A stretch of DNA of 24,000 nucleotides, taken from the NCBI RefSeq assembly GCF_002006995.1, contig NZ_MRUL01000027.1, positions 8,626 to 32,625 on the forward strand, read 5' to 3'. The notes below the pieces were generated by a model that had not been told where the DNA came from, ran no database searches, and was given only the letters and a program-made list of their open reading frames with translations. Made by a program: the position numbers and the translations under genes. Positions within the stretch are counted from its first letter, which is position 1. Each line of letters starts with the position of its first letter. The DNA comes from Izhakiella australiensis (GTDB lineage Bacteria > Pseudomonadota > Gammaproteobacteria > Enterobacterales > Enterobacteriaceae). Positions 19,256 to 24,000 of this stretch are shown here, one piece after another.

Positions 19256-19270
19256 AATGGAGCTAATCCC

Positions 19271-20155
19271 ATGCATTTTGACCTCGCCGACCTGCGTTTA
19301 TTTTTATGCGTTACCGATGCAGGCAGCATTACCGCTGGTGCGGCGGCTGCCGGCCTTGCGCTGGCCTCAGCCAGCGAACGGCTGCGCAATCTTGAAGCGG
19401 AAGTCGGCGTCAGCCTGCTTACCCGCCATGCACGCGGCGTGGTCACGACGGAGGCGGGAGAAGCCCTCGCTCACCACGCCCGCCTGATCCTGCAACAGCG
19501 AGCGGTGCTGGCCGGGGAGCTGCAAGGCTTTGCCAGCGGCGCACGCGGCACCCTGTCACTGTATGCCAATACCGCCGCGCTGACAGAATTCATCCCGCAG
19601 CGCCTCGCCGACTGGCTGGCGGCCAGGCCAGAGCTGCACCTCGACCTTAAAGAGCGCACCAGTCAGGAGATTGTACGCACGATTGCCGCCGGACTGGCCC
19701 AGGCCGGGATCGTGTCTGACGCGGTGGACAGCGAAGCACTGCAATTACAGCCGGTGGCGCAGGATCATCTGGTGCTGATTGCGGCCCGTACTCATTCTAT
19801 GGCGGCCCGGCATAAGCTCCATCTGGCTGATGTGCTTAGCGAAAGATTTGTCGGTCTGGCGGCGGAAAGCGCCCTGCAGCAACATATTGACCATCACGCC
19901 CGGCGCTGCGGGCATCCGCTCGCGCTACGCGTACGGATGAAAACCTTCGAAGGCCTCTGCAATATGGTGGCCCACGGCGTCGGTCTCGGCATCGTGCCGC
20001 AAAGCGTCGCCATTCGTTATGGCAGAAAATATGGTTTCCGCCAGATAGCGCTACAGGATCGGTGGGCGCAGCGTCAGCTATGCCTGTGCTACCGCCACTG
20101 GGACGAGCTGTCGTCAACAATGCAGAGCCTGCTCAACCACCTGGGCGCCCGTTAA
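19271..20155 (+). CDS. LysR-family transcriptional regulator
   Basis: 294 aa. N-terminal HTH LRLFLCVTDAGSITAGAAAAGLALASASERLRNLEAEVGVSLLTR. Divergent from the TSUP transporter gene. Confidence 0.9.
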   Translation: MHFDLADLRLFLCVTDAGSITAGAAAAGLALASASERLRNLEAEVGVSLLTRHARGVVTTEAGEALAHHARLILQQRAVLAGELQGFASGARGTLSLYANTAALTEFIPQRLADWLAARPELHLDLKERTSQEIVRTIAAGLAQAGIVSDAVDSEALQLQPVAQDHLVLIAARTHSMAARHKLHLADVLSERFVGLAAESALQQHIDHHARRCGHPLALRVRMKTFEGLCNMVAHGVGLGIVPQSVAIRYGRKYGFRQIALQDRWAQRQLCLCYRHWDELSSTMQSLLNHLGAR

Positions 20156-20206
20156 GACTGAGCGGCACAGATGAAACCAGCCTGTCGCCCTTTGCCGTCG
20201 CTGCGA

Positions 20207-21118
<912 letters not shown>

Positions 21119-21196
21119 ATTTGCGCCAGACTATCACACTTCTATAACCACACTAAAGGTATGGCTTGTAACAGCATGCTGAAATTCAGCGCATCG

Positions 21197-22069
21197 CTAT
21201 GGCAGTAATTTACGCAGCGCGCCTTCATGCTCAGGCGCATTCCAGGAGCCGTCGAACACCGTCCATGTGATATAGCCTTTATCCAGCCAGCCGCTATCGG
21301 TATCGCTATCAGTTTTCTTTGACGAAGCCTCGCTCATAATTTGCTGAGCCCGCCCGTCTGATAATATTTTATAAGAAAACTGTGGCGTCGGATGCTGCTC
21401 GTTACCCACGTACTTAATCCCTTTAATCGCAGATTCAGGCAGCGCCGGATAGTTGATGCTCAGCCCGATGCCGCCCGGTAGCACCGGCGTTCCCGGCTGC
21501 CATTTGCCATGCAGTTTATCAACCAGCGTCACCACATAGTTGACTGACTCAGGCCAGTATTTTTTGGTGCTTGGCCAGCCCGCCTTCATCTCTTCTGTGG
21601 TCATGATATAGCCAATGCTGGCGGCAATGGACGGGTAGCCGTAACGCAGCGCGCGCGCCGCGGCGGACAGAGTGCCGGAGTTCATCTGTGCCGCGCCGGT
21701 ATTGGGGCCATCATTAACCCCGGAAATGACCAGGTCGGGCGGATTATCTTTCAAAAGCCCTAACAGCGCGAAATCAACCGAATCAGCCGGCGTGCCGGGG
21801 AAACAGAAACGCTGTTTTACCAGCTGCTTCACGTCAAAAATTTTATTCGGCTTAAAGGTAATTGCTGAGCCAATGCCGCTTTGATTCGTGGCCGGCGCCA
21901 CCATCCAGACATCGTAACCTTTGGCTGCCAGCTTTTCCTGCAAAGAGACAGTACCTGGTGATTTGCAGCCATCATCATTGACCAGCAAAATACGCATCGG
22001 CCGGTCTGCCGCATTAACGCCCGCACTAAAGCAACCGGCCAAAGCCAGTGTAATTAATAATTTTTTCAT
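21197..22069 (-). CDS. SurE-family 5'/3'-nucleotidase or acid phosphatase with an N-terminal signal peptide (predicted periplasmic)
   Basis: Signal peptide MKKLLITLALAGCFSAGVNA-AD, followed by RILLVNDDG and SGVNDGPNTGAAQMNSGTLSAA, which match SurE metal-binding and active-site motifs. Confidence 0.8.
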   Translation of the reverse strand: MKKLLITLALAGCFSAGVNAADRPMRILLVNDDGCKSPGTVSLQEKLAAKGYDVWMVAPATNQSGIGSAITFKPNKIFDVKQLVKQRFCFPGTPADSVDFALLGLLKDNPPDLVISGVNDGPNTGAAQMNSGTLSAAARALRYGYPSIAASIGYIMTTEEMKAGWPSTKKYWPESVNYVVTLVDKLHGKWQPGTPVLPGGIGLSINYPALPESAIKGIKYVGNEQHPTPQFSYKILSDGRAQQIMSEASSKKTDSDTDSGWLDKGYITWTVFDGSWNAPEHEGALRKLLP

Positions 22070-22090
22070 ATTTCCCTCTGGTTTAAATAA

Positions 22091-23422
22091 TTAAAGTATG
22101 CCAAATCGATACTCTACGGTGACGCCGCCACCAATACCCTGCGAGCGGTGGTAGCCATTTTTATCCCCCGTCAACCAGGGATTGCCCTTATCCAGCTTCC
22201 AGCTGTAAGCAGGACCAAATGCAGCGGCAAAAGAGAAGCCTTTAATTTGTTTCGGCGTCCAGCGAAAATAGCCGCCATATTCCCACTCTTTTAATGAAAC
22301 CCCATGGTATTTAACATCCCAGCCATAATAGCCGTAGGTACCCACGGAAAATTCTTCGCTGAATGCATACTGGCTATACAAATAAAGCATCTGCTCGCCA
22401 TTGTTAATATAATCATTTCCCGGACCATCGGCCTTACTGTTAAATGCACCACGGGTATTTCGCCCTAAATGCCAGTAAAATCGTCCAAGTCCATCATCAA
22501 GGTCGGCTTTAGTTTTCGACCAGCCAAGACCAGATTCGACGTTTTTATAACGGTATCCTACTAAACCATAAATATGCTGTGCGCTGTGCGAAAAGCCTCG
22601 GGTTCCCTCCCACTCGCCCAATCCTTTGTTATAGTAATAAACGCCGCGAAATAGCAGATCGGAATCGGTGCTTACAGCTAAACGACCTTCCGCTTCAACA
22701 CCGTGGCGCATAATATAGTCTTTACTTTCACCAACAACATAAGTTAATGAATTACCCTTTGAGGGACGCCAGCTAATATCACTCGTGGCGATATAAGGTA
22801 TTTTTTTATGTGATGAAAGCGTATAAAAGTGACGCATTTCAGGCTCATCACGCTCTGAGAAACGATTAACGACAGCCGCACGAAAAACAAATTGATCCCA
22901 GCCACTTACCAGGCTGACCCCCTCCCAACTGCTGGGAGCCGCGCGACTGCGCGTCACGTTGAGAATTCCGAACTTATACAGCTGCTTCCAGCCCAGATTA
23001 ACGTGGGCATAGCGTTGTTTATTTCCCCAGCGGGCCTTTGCGTAGAACTGGCCGAATTTATTAAACCCCTCGGCATGGCCATTATTATCGCGGACCAGGT
23101 CTCTGGGGGCAAAACTGTTGTTGGCATAAAGCTTTTCGACGTCATACCAGGAAACGCCGAAGCCGAGGGTATCTCGCCACCATCCGCTGTCATAATCTAC
23201 CAGCACCGCCTGAGCCCACGCGGCCTGATCGCCCATCCCTATCTGCGAAAGGCCATCGGTGCCGTTCAGCATCCAGACATTTTTTAACCTAATGTCCAGC
23301 TTGCTGTCTTCCAGTAATCCATCACTATTGAAAGGTAATGCCACCGCCCCGCAAGCTGCGAAGCTACATCCGGACAGTAGCGCCAAGGGAAGGCCTATAT
23401 TTTTTATTTTCATCGTTATCAT
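22091..23422 (-). CDS. Outer-membrane beta-barrel porin, OprD/ChiP-like family candidate
   Basis: 443 aa with alternating aromatic/glycine beta-strand pattern throughout, a terminal VTVEYRFGIL strand and an N-terminal export signal. An alternative start lies at 23413 (MKIKNIGLPLALLSGC). Confidence 0.65.
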   Translation of the reverse strand: MITMKIKNIGLPLALLSGCSFAACGAVALPFNSDGLLEDSKLDIRLKNVWMLNGTDGLSQIGMGDQAAWAQAVLVDYDSGWWRDTLGFGVSWYDVEKLYANNSFAPRDLVRDNNGHAEGFNKFGQFYAKARWGNKQRYAHVNLGWKQLYKFGILNVTRSRAAPSSWEGVSLVSGWDQFVFRAAVVNRFSERDEPEMRHFYTLSSHKKIPYIATSDISWRPSKGNSLTYVVGESKDYIMRHGVEAEGRLAVSTDSDLLFRGVYYYNKGLGEWEGTRGFSHSAQHIYGLVGYRYKNVESGLGWSKTKADLDDGLGRFYWHLGRNTRGAFNSKADGPGNDYINNGEQMLYLYSQYAFSEEFSVGTYGYYGWDVKYHGVSLKEWEYGGYFRWTPKQIKGFSFAAAFGPAYSWKLDKGNPWLTGDKNGYHRSQGIGGGVTVEYRFGIL

Positions 23423-23490
23423 CCGCTGATTTCTACGAAATAATTACCCTGGTGTTAATGCAAAGTAATAATTTTAGCGCCTCCTTTTTT

Positions 23491-23571
23491 AAAACAAAAA
23501 AACCTAAGCGGCTGAATTACCCTTTCAGGTAACTCGGCCGCTTAGGTTTTGCCTGTATTGAGTAACAACCC
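23491..23571 (-). promoter_or_regulatory. RAT antiterminator target overlapping an intrinsic terminator, in the leader of the porin operon
   Basis: The minus strand reads GGGTTGTTACTCAATACAGGCAAAACCTAAGCGGC-(24 nt)-GCCGCTTAGGTTTTTTTGTTTT. The 12-bp stem pairs 23501-23512 with 23537-23548. The RAT (23545-23571) closely resembles the E. coli bgl RAT GGATTGTTACTGCATTCGCAGGCAAAACC as I recall it. Confidence 0.75.
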
Positions 23572-23875
23572 TAAGTGAATGGAATGGAATCTACCACCGG
23601 AGAACGTAATTATCTACATTAAGAAAAATTGTTTGTTATTTCTGTGAAGGCCGTCATTATTGAATCCACTAATTAACAGTAGTAAAAACAAGGAAAGATC
23701 GACATACAACCATAAGATTATTTTAATAAACAATATTTAATATTATACAGAATAATTAATTAAAAAAATAAGAAGAATGACTTATTACGAACGCTATTGA
23801 GGTGCTGGATGAATATGAATCTGGCAAGAGGATAACAAAGCGTTAATTTAGCAGACACCCGGGTAAGATGCTGTT

Positions 23876-24000
23876 TGATCCTACCCACGTAATGTGGACA
23901 CGCCCTAAGCGAGGATTTGGTTTTCGAACTGTTCCGGGCTGATACCACCGCAGGCACTGTGGCGACGCCAGCGATTGTAATCACACTCGATATAATTGAA
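23876..24000 (-). mobile_element. IS3-family (IS3 group) insertion sequence, right-end portion; the element continues beyond the window
   Basis: The terminal inverted repeat TGATCCTACCCACGTAATGTGGACACGCCCTAAGCGAGG starts at 23876. It matches the IS3 IRR as I recall it. The transposase 3' end lies immediately inside. Confidence 0.85.
23905..24000 (-). CDS. IS3-family transposase OrfB, C-terminal 31 codons (partial)
   Basis: My minus-strand translation gives [31 protein letters not shown]. This is nearly the C-terminus of E. coli IS3 InsF as I recall it ([31 protein letters not shown]). Confidence 0.85.
   Translation of the reverse strand, partial: FNYIECDYNRWRRHSACGGISPEQFENQILA

Noticed and set aside
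23497-23552. Reading the strong hairpin plus T/A runs as an ordinary bidirectional terminator for a gene to the right
   Set aside because: No gene ends there, because the right side is AT-rich noncoding DNA and then an IS end. The hairpin's 5' arm on the minus strand is overlapped by a RAT-like sequence, so it is better explained as a conditional terminator in the porin leader.
23760-23984. 74-aa minus-strand ORF at the right edge
   Set aside because: It crosses the IS3 terminal inverted repeat into AT-rich flank. It is in a different frame from the recognisable transposase C-terminus, [31 protein letters not shown].

Overview
Enterobacterial chromosomal window with three parts. (1) 1-8843: a low-GC (about 30% in sampled lines) minus-strand polysaccharide operon, against about 60% GC in the flanking core genes. 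Its order is JUMPstart/ops, rmlB, rmlA, SDR reductase, Glf-like mutase, GT2, wzm, wzt, then a DmhB-like/DmhA-like/HddA-like heptose set. The gene content predicts an ABC-transporter-exported glycan built from dTDP-D-fucofuranose and GDP-6-deoxy-D-manno-heptose, as I recall for E. coli O52. It lies next to gdhA rather than at a galF-gnd/his locus. (2) 8844-10335: a 1.5 kb ORF-free, AT-rich, A+C-skewed spacer containing several palindromes. (3) 10336-24000: core-like GC. This part holds gdhA; an operon of two unrecognisable proteins plus an MHS-type MFS transporter; a UxuR/ExuR-like GntR regulator flanked by four TTGG-N5-CCAA boxes; a Gat-family PTS IIB-IIC-IIA with no catabolic enzyme, followed by a small HTH protein; a TSUP/LysR divergent pair; and the best candidate for an undescribed system. 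That candidate is an operon with two RAT-plus-terminator leaders controlling an OprD-like porin, a secreted SurE-family phosphatase and a BglG-family antiterminator, with no EII or phospho-glycosidase in the window. An IS3-family end sits about 300 bp upstream in AT-rich DNA. I saw no rRNA, tRNA or CRISPR.
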